This document shows, piece by piece, positions 43,682-56,858 of a stretch of 64,000 nt of DNA (its first letter is position 1; every line of letters starts with the position of its first letter). Both the position numbers and the translations under genes were made by a program. The stretch is from positions 64,001 to 128,000 of the forward strand of contig JAXHNB010000006.1 in NCBI GenBank assembly GCA_034520945.1, written 5' to 3'. The notes under the pieces were generated by a model that was not told the DNA's origin, did not search any database, and was given only the letters and a program-made list of their open reading frames with translations. Source of the DNA: Trueperaceae bacterium. GTDB lineage: Bacteria; Deinococcota; Deinococci; Deinococcales; Trueperaceae.

Positions 43682-46444
43682 CTAAGCCGACGCGGGCTCG
43701 CCGGTCGGCTCGGCCGCCGAAGTGGGGATCTCGCGCTCGTCATCGAGCGCGGCGTGCGCGGCCGCCAAGCGGGCGATCGGCACGCGGAAGGGGCTGCAGG
43801 AGACGTAGCTGAGGCCGGCGCGGTGGCAGAACGCCACGCTGGCGGGATCGCCGCCGTGCTCGCCGCAGATGCCGACCTCCAGGTCGGGCCGGGCGGCGCG
43901 GCCCTCCTCGGTGGCGAACTCGATCAGGTGCCCGACGCCGGGCTCGTCGATGCTGGTGAACGGGTTGTCCTCGAGGATGCCCTGCTCGAGGTAGTTGATC
44001 AGGAAGCCCTTCTCGGCGTCGTCGCGGCTGATCCCGAAGGTGGTCTGGGTCAGGTCGTTGGTGCCGAAGCTGAAGAACTCGGCGACGCGGGCCAGTTCGC
44101 GGGCGGTGAGCGCGGCGCGTGGCACCTCAATCATGGTGCCGAAGCGGTAGGGAACCTCGCGATCCTGCTCCGCCATCACCTGCTTCGCTTCCGCGGCCAG
44201 CGCGGCCATCTGAACCTCGAGCTCGTTCACGTGGCTGGTCAGCGGAATCATGATCTCGGGGTCAGTGATCACGCCCTCGCGCGCGACCTCGCAGGCCGCC
44301 TCGAAGATGGCGCGGACCTGCATGCGGGTCAGCTCGGGCATCAGGATGCCCAGCCGCACGCCGCGCGTCCCCAGCATCGGGTTGGACTCGTGCAGTTCCT
44401 CGACGCGCTCCAGCTGGGCCTTCTTCTCGCGCAGCAGCTCCAGGGTGTCGTCGATCGAGTTCAGGTCCGGGTGGTGCTGCATGCGGATCTTGAGGTCGGT
44501 CAGCTCGCGGCTCAGCTTGGCGTGTTCGGGGAGGAACTCGTGCAACGGCGGGTCGATCAGGCGGATGATCACCGGCAGGCCGTCCATCTCGCGGAACAGG
44601 CCGGCGAAGTCGCTGCGCTGGTAGGGGAGGAGCTTCTCGAGCTCCTCGGCCCGCTCGCTGGCGCTGCGCGCCATGATCATGCGCTGCACCGTGCCGATGC
44701 GGTCCGCTTCGAAGAACATGTGCTCGGTGCGCACCAGACCCAGGCCCTCGGCGCCGTAGGTGCGGGCCTTCTTGGCGTCGGAGGGGTAGTCGGCGTTGGC
44801 GCGCACGCCCAGACGGCGGATCTCGTCCGCCCAGCCCAGCAGCGTCGCCAGGTAGGGGTTCTCCAGGTCCGGCACCACCGTCTCGAGCGCGCCGGCGTAC
44901 AGCTCGCCCAGGGTGCCGTCGATGCTGATCTCGTCCCCTTCGGCCAGCTCCTTGCCCGCGATCGACATCGTGCGGCCGACCAGGTCGATTTCGAGCGAGG
45001 AGACGCCCACCACCGCGGGCTTGCCGAACTGCCGTGCGACCAGGGCGGCGTGGCTGGTGCGGCCGCCGCGGCTGGTGAGGATGCCCCGGGCGGCCAGCAT
45101 GCCGTGCACGTCGTCCGGACGGGTCTCGGGGCGGACCATGATCACTTCACGGCCGTCCTTGGCCCACCGTTCCGCCGTGTCGGCGTCGAAGGCGATCCGG
45201 CCGACCGCCGCGCCGGGCGACACGTTCAGGCCCGTGCCCAGTTTGGCGGCCTGCTCGCGCGAGGCACGCGTGAACTGCGGATGCAGGAACACGTCCACCT
45301 GTTCGGCCTTCACGCGGCGCACGGCCTCGGACTTGGTGAGCAGGCCCTCGCCGACCATGTCGACGGCGATGCGGACCTCCGCCTGGGCGGTGCGCTTGCC
45401 GTCGCGGGTCTGCAGGAGCCACAGCTTGCCGTGCTCGATGGTGAACTCCATGTCCTGCATGTTGCGGTAGTGCGCTTCCAGGCGCTGCGCGATCTGCTGG
45501 AACTCGTCGTACACGTCCGGCATCTCGGACTTCATGTCGTCCAGCGGTTGCGTCTCGCGGATGCCGGCCACCACGTCCTCGCCCTGCGCGTTGCGGAGGT
45601 AGTCGCCTTCCAGCTGGGGCTCGCCGGTGGTGGCGTCGCGGCTCATGGCCACGCCGGTGGCGCAGTCGTCGCCCATGTTGCCGAACACCATCGTCTGGAT
45701 GTTGACGGCCGTGCCGAGGTCGTGCGCGATGCCGCTGGCGTTGCGGTAGTCGCGGGCCCGCTTGCCGTTCCAGGACTCGAACACCGCTTCGGTGGCCAGG
45801 CGCAGCTGCTCGTGCGGATCCTCGGGGAAGGTGCGGCCGGTGTAGGTCTTGACGATCTCCTTGAACTTGCGGGTCACCTCGCGCCAGTCGTCGGCCGACA
45901 GTTCGGCGTCGATCATGACCTCGGCGGCCTTGCGGCGGGCGGTGATGACGGCCTCGAACACCTCGTCGGGCACGCCCAGCACCACGCTGCCGTACATCTG
46001 CACCAGGCGGCGGTAGCTGTCCCACACGAAGCGCGGGTCGGCGGTCAGGCGCGTGAGCCCCTCGGCCACGGTGTCGTTCAGGCCGATGTTGAGGATGGTG
46101 TCCATCATGCCGGGCATGCTGAACTTCGCACCGGAGCGGCAGGAGACCAGCAGCGGTCGGGTGGGGTCGCCGAAGGTCTTGCCGGTGGTCTGCTCGACGT
46201 GCTTCAGCGCTTCGAGCTCCTCCTCCCACATGCCTTCGGGGAAGGTCTCGCCCTCGGCGAGGTAGGCGTTGCACGCCTCGGTGGTGACGGTGAAGCCGGG
46301 CGGAACGGGCACGCCGAGGCGCGTCATGTCGCCCAGGTTGGCCCCCTTGCCGCCCAGCAGGGCGCGCGTGGCCTCCCAGCTGTTTTGCCGCCGTTCGGCC
46401 TCGTCGACGTCGCGGAACAGGTACACCCATTTGCTTTGGGTCAT
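43682..46444 (-). CDS. ppdK: Pyruvate, phosphate dikinase
   Basis: LLGGKGANL, SMPGMMDT, GGRTSHAA, FGTNDLTQ, GICGEHGG and VSCSPFRVP. Confidence 0.96.
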   Translation of the reverse strand: MTQSKWVYLFRDVDEAERRQNSWEATRALLGGKGANLGDMTRLGVPVPPGFTVTTEACNAYLAEGETFPEGMWEEELEALKHVEQTTGKTFGDPTRPLLVSCRSGAKFSMPGMMDTILNIGLNDTVAEGLTRLTADPRFVWDSYRRLVQMYGSVVLGVPDEVFEAVITARRKAAEVMIDAELSADDWREVTRKFKEIVKTYTGRTFPEDPHEQLRLATEAVFESWNGKRARDYRNASGIAHDLGTAVNIQTMVFGNMGDDCATGVAMSRDATTGEPQLEGDYLRNAQGEDVVAGIRETQPLDDMKSEMPDVYDEFQQIAQRLEAHYRNMQDMEFTIEHGKLWLLQTRDGKRTAQAEVRIAVDMVGEGLLTKSEAVRRVKAEQVDVFLHPQFTRASREQAAKLGTGLNVSPGAAVGRIAFDADTAERWAKDGREVIMVRPETRPDDVHGMLAARGILTSRGGRTSHAALVARQFGKPAVVGVSSLEIDLVGRTMSIAGKELAEGDEISIDGTLGELYAGALETVVPDLENPYLATLLGWADEIRRLGVRANADYPSDAKKARTYGAEGLGLVRTEHMFFEADRIGTVQRMIMARSASERAEELEKLLPYQRSDFAGLFREMDGLPVIIRLIDPPLHEFLPEHAKLSRELTDLKIRMQHHPDLNSIDDTLELLREKKAQLERVEELHESNPMLGTRGVRLGILMPELTRMQVRAIFEAACEVAREGVITDPEIMIPLTSHVNELEVQMAALAAEAKQVMAEQDREVPYRFGTMIEVPRAALTARELARVAEFFSFGTNDLTQTTFGISRDDAEKGFLINYLEQGILEDNPFTSIDEPGVGHLIEFATEEGRAARPDLEVGICGEHGGDPASVAFCHRAGLSYVSCSPFRVPIARLAAAHAALDDEREIPTSAAEPTGEPASA

Positions 46445-46814
46445 CCGACTCTCCTTCCCGGGGGGTCCCCGGTCGCGCGTCGTGGCGGGCGAGCCCCGCC
46501 ATCCAGGGCCGGTGCGTCGCGCTTTGCGCACGGGCCCCTGGCAGCCGCCTTCGTCGAAGACCACGCTATGCGTGTGCGTGACGCGGCTGCAAGGCCAGAC
46601 GTCCCGCCTGCACGGAAGGGCGGGGGGGTCCGCGTCGGCGGGCCTGGCCGCGGCGGGCGGCGTGGCGACGAACGCCGTCATGCAGCCGGGACAGCTGTCT
46701 TGTGAGCCGCGCATGCGGTCTGGTATCTTGACCTCCAGCGACAACGTGAAATGGCGCACGAAGGGTGCGCCTCCACGTTTCGGACGCCCGCGGCTGGTGG
46801 AAGAGAGGCCCCCC

Positions 46815-47158
46815 TTGTACGCAGCCATTTTGATGATGTTCCTCGCGGCCGGACTGATCGGCGTCGCGGCGATTCTGGCCAGCGCGGTGCTGGGTCCGAA
46901 ACGGGCGACGAGCACGACCCTGTCGCCGTACGAATCCGGCGTGCCGGCGCCGACCGGCGCCCGTGAGCGGATTCCGGTGCACTTCTATCTGGTCGCGATG
47001 ATGTTCATCGTGTTCGACCTGGAGACGGCGTTCTTCTTTCCCCTCGCGGTGCGTTTCCAGGCCGCGCCGGAGTTCCTGTTCGTGAACGCCGTGATTTTCG
47101 TCCTCATCCTTGCCGTGGGGTACGTGTACATCCTGCGCAAGCGCGTGCTCGACTGGAG

Positions 47159-47162
<4 letters not shown>
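46815..47162 (+). CDS. nuoA: NADH-quinone oxidoreductase subunit A
   Basis: PYESG and [17 protein letters not shown] start after GAGAGG. Confidence 0.93.
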
Positions 47163-47700
<538 letters not shown>

Positions 47701-47704
<4 letters not shown>

Positions 47705-48327
47705 GCACGGAGGCGAGCCCGGGGGAGGGCCTGGCCGCGCGCGTCGCGGCGGAGCTCGAGGCGGAGGGCGGCACCGTCCGGCGCGAGTTCGACCAGCTGC
47801 ACGTGCTGCTGCCGGCGGCCCGCATCACGGAGTCGGTCCGCCACGCCAAGACGGCCGGCTTCGAGCAGATCAGCGACGTGATGGGGATCGACTGGCTCGA
47901 CTACCCCGGCCACCAGGGCCCGCGCTTCACCGTGGTGTACAACCTGTACTCACTGACGCAGAACGAGCGGCTGATGCTGCGCGTGAACGTCCGGGACGAC
48001 GAGCACGTGCCGACCATCACCGGCCTGTGGCGCGCCGCGAAGTTCATGGAGCGCGAGGTGTACGACATGTTCGGCATCCCATTCGACGGGCATCCCGACC
48101 TGCGCAAGCTGCTCACGCCGGAGGATCTCGACGGCCACGCGCACCGCAAGGACTTCCCCCTGGGCGAGACGCCCACCCTGTTCAACGAGGGCCGCTTCCT
48201 GGATCCCGAGAGTTTCCGGGCCGGCATGATTGGCCGGCAGGGTGGCCTGACCGGCTGGGCGGGCGGGGCCCGCAAGGGCGTCCGCAGCGACCCCGACCTC
48301 GAGCATCCCGAGGGGGGCGAGGGATGA
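47701..48327 (+). CDS. nuoC: NADH-quinone oxidoreductase subunit C
   Basis: [20 protein letters not shown]...HRKDFPL. Confidence 0.95.
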
Positions 48328-49562
48328 CGCGGGCCCGCGGCGGCGAGCCGGGCGCCCGCGCAAAGGTGGTGGGTGAGGAGCGCCACGGCGACTTCGAGAC
48401 CAAGCACATGCGCATCAACGTCGGGCCTCAGCACCCCGCCACGCACGGGGTGTTGCGGTTGGTGGTCGACCTGGACGGCGAGCGCATCGCGCGCATCTCG
48501 CCCCGCATCGGCTACCTGCACACCGGCTTCGAGAAGACGATGGAGAACCGTCCCTACCCGCAGGGCGTGACCTACTCCAACCGGATGGACTACCTCCACG
48601 GCTTCGCGCACGACCTGGCGTACGTGCTGTCGGTCGAGAAGCTGATGGACGCCCGCGTGCCCGAGCGCGCGCAGCGCATCCGCGTGATCCTGAACGAGCT
48701 GAACCGCATCTCCAGCCACCTGGTGTTCTTCGGCACCGGCATCCTCGACATGGGGGCGCTGACGCCGTACTTCTACGCCATGCGCGAGCGCGAACGTCTG
48801 CTGGACATCTTCGAGCTGGTGTGCGGCGCCCGCATGAACTTCGGGTACTTCCGCGTCGGCGGCTTGGCGCGCGACGTGCCCGAGGGGTTCGAGGAGGAGG
48901 TTCGCGCCTTCGTGCGCGACTTCCCCGCCGCCATGCAGCAGTACCGCGCGCTGTTCGAGAAGAACGACATCTTCGTGAACCGCACGCGCGGCGTCGGCGT
49001 GATCAGCCGCGAGGTGGCGTTGGACGTGGGCCTGACCGGTCCCTCCGCCCGTGCCAGCGGCGTGAACCTGGACTTCCGCAAGGCGCAGCCGTACTCCGGC
49101 TACGAGCACTACGACTTCGCCGTGCCCACCTTCGAGGTCGGCGACGCCTACCACCGCTTCATGATCCGCATGCTGGAGATGGAGGAGAGCCTGAAGATCG
49201 TCACGCAGGCGCTGGACGGCCTGGAGCCGGGCCCGGTCAACGATCCCGACCGGCGCATCAGCCTGCCGCCCCGTAAGGAGCTCGAGACCAGCATGGAGGC
49301 GGTGATCTTCCACTTCAAGCTGGTGACGGAGGGGTTCCACCCGCCGCGCGGCGAGGTGTACGTGCCGACCGAGTCGGCCCGGGGCGAGCTGGGCTACTAC
49401 CTGGTGAGCGACGGCGGCAGCATGCCGTACCGCGTCAAGATCCGGGTGCCGAGCCTGATCAACCTCCAGGCGCTCGAGCCCGCCTGCGTCGGCGGGCTGT
49501 TCGCCGACATGATCGTCAACATCGCCACCATGGACCCGATTCTCGGCGATGTCGACAAGTGA
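48324..49562 (+). CDS. nuoD: NADH-quinone oxidoreductase subunit D
   Basis: [26 protein letters not shown] and ESARGELG; ends in GDVDK. Confidence 0.97.
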   Translation: MTRARGGEPGARAKVVGEERHGDFETKHMRINVGPQHPATHGVLRLVVDLDGERIARISPRIGYLHTGFEKTMENRPYPQGVTYSNRMDYLHGFAHDLAYVLSVEKLMDARVPERAQRIRVILNELNRISSHLVFFGTGILDMGALTPYFYAMRERERLLDIFELVCGARMNFGYFRVGGLARDVPEGFEEEVRAFVRDFPAAMQQYRALFEKNDIFVNRTRGVGVISREVALDVGLTGPSARASGVNLDFRKAQPYSGYEHYDFAVPTFEVGDAYHRFMIRMLEMEESLKIVTQALDGLEPGPVNDPDRRISLPPRKELETSMEAVIFHFKLVTEGFHPPRGEVYVPTESARGELGYYLVSDGGSMPYRVKIRVPSLINLQALEPACVGGLFADMIVNIATMDPILGDVDK

Positions 49563-49586
49563 GGGCCGGCGCGATGGGCTTCGGGT

Positions 49587-49742
49587 GTGAGGTGGGCGTT
49601 GCGGATCGCGGCGCTCGGTGCTGCGATGGTGGGCGTGAGCGCCGCGTTGGGCGGCGCCCATCCGTTGTGGACCCTGCTCGCCGGCATCTGTGCCGGGGGG
49701 CTGTGGGCGGCCTCGATGGGGGCCGCTGGAGGACGGACGTGA
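49587..49742 (+). CDS. Putative 51-aa membrane peptide inside the nuo operon
   Basis: Manual translation MRWALRIAALGAAMVGVSAALGGAHPLWTLLAGICAGGLWAASMGAAGGRT; two hydrophobic stretches; absent from the ORF track. Confidence 0.5.
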   Translation: MRWALRIAALGAAMVGVSAALGGAHPLWTLLAGICAGGLWAASMGAAGGRT

Positions 49743-49788
49743 ACGCCGGCACGGCCGAGAGGCCGCGGCGCGAGGGGAAGACCGCATC

Positions 49789-50441
49789 ATGATCGAACTG
49801 AACACAGTCACTTCGTTCTTCGCGGACAAGCAGGAGCTCGTCGACGAGATCCTGGGCCGCTACCCGGCGTACGGGCGCCGAAGCGCCGTGATGCCGCTTC
49901 TGTGGGAGGTGCAGCGCGCCGAGCGGCACGTCAGCGAGGCCCGCGTGGCCGAGATCGCGGAGCTCATTGGCATCACGCCCACCGAGGTCAAGGGCGTGAT
50001 GAGCTTCTACGCCACCTACCACGGCGAGCCGGTGGGCGAATTCCACCTGCAGGTGTGCAGCACGCTGAGCTGCGCGTTGGCCGGCAGCGACCAGCTGTGC
50101 GACCACCTGAGCGAGGCGCTGGACCTGGTGCCCGGCGAGACGGACGCCGAGGGGCGCTTCAGCCTGCAGAAGGTGGAGTGCCTCGGCTCCTGCACCACCG
50201 CGCCGGTGCTGCAGGTGAACGACACCTACTACGAGCGCGTGAGCCGCAGCCGCGCCGATGCCCTGATCGACGCCATGCGCCAAGGGGAACTGCCGGCGCC
50301 GTGGCGGGCGCGCTCCGGCGACAACGAGGGGGCCGGCGCGGGCCCGCTGGGCGCCGAGAAGATGGCCGGGAGCGCGGACGGGACGGGCCCGGCGGCGCCC
50401 GGCGAACGTCCCGCGCCCACCGACGAGGAAGGAGACGCCTG

Positions 50442-50442
<1 letters not shown>
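49789..50442 (+). CDS. nuoE: NADH-quinone oxidoreductase subunit E
   Basis: VCSTLSC...ECLGSC (2Fe-2S cluster N1a). Confidence 0.95.
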
Positions 50443-51778
<1,336 letters not shown>

Positions 51779-51782
<4 letters not shown>

Positions 51783-54262
51783 AGGTCAAGGTCAACGACG
51801 CCGAGCTCGACGTCGCGCAGGGCACCAGCGTCATCGACGCGCTGTTCGCGGCCGGGTACGACGTGCCCTACTTCTGCAGCCAGGAGTACATGTCGCCGGT
51901 CGGTGCCTGCCGCATGTGCCTCGCCAAGATCGGCGCGCCCCGCAAGGACCGCGGCAGCGGCGAGTGGATCGTGGACGAGGAGACCGGCGAACGCAAAATC
52001 TTCTGGTTCCCCAACCCGATGGCGACCTGCACCACCCAGGTGATGGAGGGCATGGTGGTCGACACCCTCTCCAAGGAGGTGCGGCGCGCCCAGGGGATGA
52101 TGACCGAGTACACCCTGATCAACCACCCTCTGGACTGCCCCACCTGCGACAAGGGCGGCGCCTGCGAGCTGCAGGACCGCGCCTACGAGTACGGCTCGGG
52201 CCACAGCCGCTTCGACTTCGACAAGCGCCACCAGGAGAAGCACCACGCCCTCAGCGAACTGATCACGCTGGACCGCGAGCGCTGCATTCACTGCAAGCGC
52301 TGCGTGCGCTACTTCGAGGAGGTCCCCGGCGACGAGGTGCTCGACTTCATCGAACGGGGCAGCCACACCTACATCGGCAACCTGGAGACCGGCCTGCCGA
52401 ACCCGTTCAGCGGCAACATCACCGACATCTGTCCCGTCGGCGCGCTGCTGGACACCAGCAGCCGCTTCCGGGGCCGCAACTGGGAGTACGACCATACCGA
52501 CACCACCAGCCTGGACGATCCCGGCGGCTCGGCGTTGCGCGTCGACGCCCGCACCGGCCGCATCGAGCGCATCAAGGCCGGGCTGAATCCCGAGGTGAAC
52601 AAGACCTGGATTCACGACGGCGAACGCTTCGGGCACGAGTACGCGGATGCGCCCGACCGCATCACCACGCCGTGGGTGCGGGAGGGGGACCAGCTTGTCC
52701 CGGCCTCCTGGGAGGGGGCCGCCCGCCGCATCGTCGAGGGCCTGCAGCGCGTCGACGGCAAGGCGATCGGCGTGGCGATCCGCGCCGACGCCACGCTGGA
52801 GGAGGGCGTCGCCGCCAAGGCGCTGGCCGATCACCTCGGCAGCGGCCGCGTGGATCACGCGCCGCGCCCCCCCGCCTCGGTGGTGCCCGGCGGCGCCGGC
52901 GCCACGCTGCGTGACGTCGCCACCAGCGACGCGCTGCTGGTGGTGGGTGACCCCACGGCAGAGGCCGGCATCGTGGACCTTCGCATCAAGGACGCGCTCA
53001 AGGGCGTCAGCCCGCCGGAGCTGTTGCCGCACGGCGTGCCCATCGCCGACCTGCGCCTGGGGGAGCGCATGCCGCGCAAGCGCGACATCCTCACGGTGTG
53101 CGCGCCGTATCGCACCGACCTGATGCGGCACGCCGGGCGGGCCGGCACCTACCCCGCCGGCGGCGAGGCCGCCCTGTTCCGCGCCTTGAGCGCGTTGGCG
53201 GCCGCGCAGGACCCCGAGAGACGCCTTGATGCGGCCGAGGTGGACGAGGCGGCGCTGGGCATGCCGCGCGCCGAGGCCGACGCCCTGGTCCAGCGACTCC
53301 GCGGCGCCGATGCGCCGGTGCTCGTCTGGGGCGGGTTCGTCTCCGCCGACCCCGAGGCCGACGCGGCCGCCCGGTCGTTCGCGCAGGCGGTCGGCGCCAA
53401 GGTGCTGATCCTCGGTTCGATGGCCAACGCGTACGGGTTGGAACGCATCGGCGTCTCGCCCAGCCACGAGCGCTACGACTACGCCTCGATGCTGTCCGGC
53501 GAGGCCAAGGCGCTCGTCCTCAGCCAGCTCGACCCGGCCGCGGACGCCGCCGCCTCGAAGCGGCTGCAGGAGCTGTCGTTCCTGGTGGTGCACGCCACCT
53601 TCCCGACCGCCACCACCGCCCTGGCCGACGTGATCCTGCCCGCGAAGACCGGCTACGAGAAGGAAGGGACCACCGTCAACGCCGAGGGGCGCGCCCTGCC
53701 GGTCCGGCCCGTCCCGGTGGAGGCGGGCGTCGTCGAGGACTTCACCGGCGTCGTGGGGCGGCTCGGCGAAGCGTTCGGCGTGCGCTTGGACGGTCGCAGC
53801 GCGCGCAGCGCCCGCCGGGTGCTGCGCAAGCGGCTGGGCATGGACATGGCCGAACTGCCCCGGTTCGGGGCCCGGCTGCCGGCCCCCAAGGGCGCAGCAC
53901 GGGGCGTGCGCGCCCTCCGCGCCGTCCAGGCCGGTTCGGGCCGCGCCCTGGTGGTGCCCAGCATGGTGCGGATCGAGTACCTGGACCGCAACCCGACCCT
54001 GCGGGCGGAGTGGGGCGACGCCGCCCTGCGCCTGCATCCCCGCGACGCCGAGGCGCGCAGCCTGAACGCCGGCGACACGGTGCTGGTTCCGGTCGGCGGG
54101 ATGACGCGTCGCCTGCGGGTGGCGCCCAGCGAGGACGTGCCCGAGGGCCTGTGGTTGGTCCCCGCCACGCCGGACCAGCCGGTCGGCCTGTACCCCTTGG
54201 ACGTGAAAGGCGTTCGGCCGGCGCCCCGCGACGCCGCGCCCGCCGAGGCGGGGGTGGCCTGA
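51779..54262 (+). CDS. nuoG: NADH-quinone oxidoreductase subunit G
   Basis: [33 protein letters not shown] and DICPVGAL. Confidence 0.96.
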
Positions 54263-54263
54263 C

Positions 54264-55277
54264 ATGGAGCCGCTCTGGGTGGTGTTCCTGAAGGCCCTGG
54301 TGCTGTGCGCGGTCCTGTTGGGCGCCTTCGCGTACATGACGTTGGTCGAGCGGCGGCTGCTGGGCCGGTTCCAGCACCGCATCGGCCCGAACCGCACCGG
54401 CCCGTTCGGGTTGCTGCAACCGATCGCCGACGCGCTGAAGGCGGTGTTCAAGGAGGACATCATCCCCAGCGGGGCCGACAAGGTCGTGTACGTGCTGGCG
54501 CCCTTCATCAGCATCACGTTTGCCCTGTCGGCGTTCGGGGCCATTCCCGCCGGACCGGCCGGCTCGCTGTTCGGTCTGGACCCGTGGGTGATGGACCTGG
54601 ACATCGGCCTGCTGTACGTGCTGGCCGCCACCTCGATCGGGGTGTACGGCATCTTCCTGGGCGGGTGGGCGTCCAACAGCAAGTACGCCCTGCTGGGCAG
54701 CCTCCGCTCGTCCGCGCAGATCATCAGCTACGAACTGGGCCTGGGCCTGTCGGTGCTGACCATTCTGATGATCTCGGGCACCCTCAATCTGCGAGAGATC
54801 GTGGAGCTGAACGTCTGGTCGGTGAGCCCCTGGCTGTGGCCCGGGCTGATCGTGGCGTTCGCCACCTTCTGGATCAGCGGCATCGCGGAGGTCAACCGCA
54901 CGCCGTTCGACCTGCCCGAGGCCGAGCAGGAGCTGGTGGCCGGCTATTTCACCGAGTATTCCTCCATCAAATGGGCGCTGTACCAGATGGCGGAGTACGT
55001 GAACATGATGACCGCCTCGGCGTTCATCGCGACGCTGTTCCTGGGCGGGTACAAGGGCCCCGGGTTCGTGGACGCGATCGTGCCGGGGATGAGCGACTGG
55101 CCGATCCTGTGGCTGGTCCTCAAGATGGCGATCTTCATGTTCGTGTTCATCTGGCTGCGCGCCTCGTTGCCGCGCCTGCGCTACGACCAGCTGATGCGCT
55201 TCGGCTGGATCTACCTGTTCGAGATCGCGCTGGGCGCGGCGCTGCTGACGGGGGCGGTGATCGCGTTTGTGCTCTGA
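54264..55277 (+). CDS. nuoH: NADH-quinone oxidoreductase subunit H
   Basis: ERR...[26 protein letters not shown] and [17 protein letters not shown]. Confidence 0.97.
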   Translation: MEPLWVVFLKALVLCAVLLGAFAYMTLVERRLLGRFQHRIGPNRTGPFGLLQPIADALKAVFKEDIIPSGADKVVYVLAPFISITFALSAFGAIPAGPAGSLFGLDPWVMDLDIGLLYVLAATSIGVYGIFLGGWASNSKYALLGSLRSSAQIISYELGLGLSVLTILMISGTLNLREIVELNVWSVSPWLWPGLIVAFATFWISGIAEVNRTPFDLPEAEQELVAGYFTEYSSIKWALYQMAEYVNMMTASAFIATLFLGGYKGPGFVDAIVPGMSDWPILWLVLKMAIFMFVFIWLRASLPRLRYDQLMRFGWIYLFEIALGAALLTGAVIAFVL

Positions 55278-55394
55278 ACGCGCACCGTCCACCGCGCGCC
55301 GCGCCCCGCCGCAACGCACGTCACGCCCCACGCCAGGGCGACGCATCCACGCCGCTCGCTCGGGCGGACCGCACGCCGAAGGAAGGGGGCCCGC

Positions 55395-56530
<1,136 letters not shown>

Positions 56531-56531
56531 G

Positions 56532-56858
56532 GTGACCCCGGCTCCGACCGAGGCGTGGGTCGCGCTCAGCGCGGCCCTGTTCGCGATCGGCGCGAGCGGC
56601 GTCCTGATGCGCCGTAGCGCCATTCTGGTGTTCTTGAGCGTCGAACTGATGTTGAACGCCGCCAACCTGGCCCTGGTCGCCTACGCGCGGCAGTGGACCG
56701 CCGTCGGCGCGCCCGAGGCCCTCTCCGGGCAGACGGTCGTGTTCATCGTCCTGGCCGTCGCGGCGGCCGAGGTGGCGGTCGGCCTGGGCATTCTGGTGGC
56801 GATCTTCCGGCACCGGACCAGCACCGACGTCGACGCGCTCTCGGAGGTGAGGCTGTGA
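56532..56858 (+). CDS. nuoK: NADH-quinone oxidoreductase subunit K
   Basis: [11 protein letters not shown] and [10 protein letters not shown]. Confidence 0.95.
   Translation: MTPAPTEAWVALSAALFAIGASGVLMRRSAILVFLSVELMLNAANLALVAYARQWTAVGAPEALSGQTVVFIVLAVAAAEVAVGLGILVAIFRHRTSTDVDALSEVRL

Noticed and set aside
43565..46705. Very long antisense or alternate-frame ORFs (1046 aa here; also 14898-18047, 51500-54724, 9945-12260 and others)
   Set aside because: These are shadows of real genes, caused by high GC3 and scarce stop codons. They show no family motifs and lie opposite clearly identified genes.
49560..49586. Selenocysteine or readthrough at the nuoD TGA into the in-frame small ORF
   Set aside because: NuoD ends at its normal family C-terminus (GDVD[K/R]), and I see no SECIS-like evidence.
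49559..49792. 77-aa ORF from the track between nuoD and nuoE
   Set aside because: Its Arg/Gly/Cys composition is typical of off-frame GC sequence. The 49587-49742 frame is far more protein-like.
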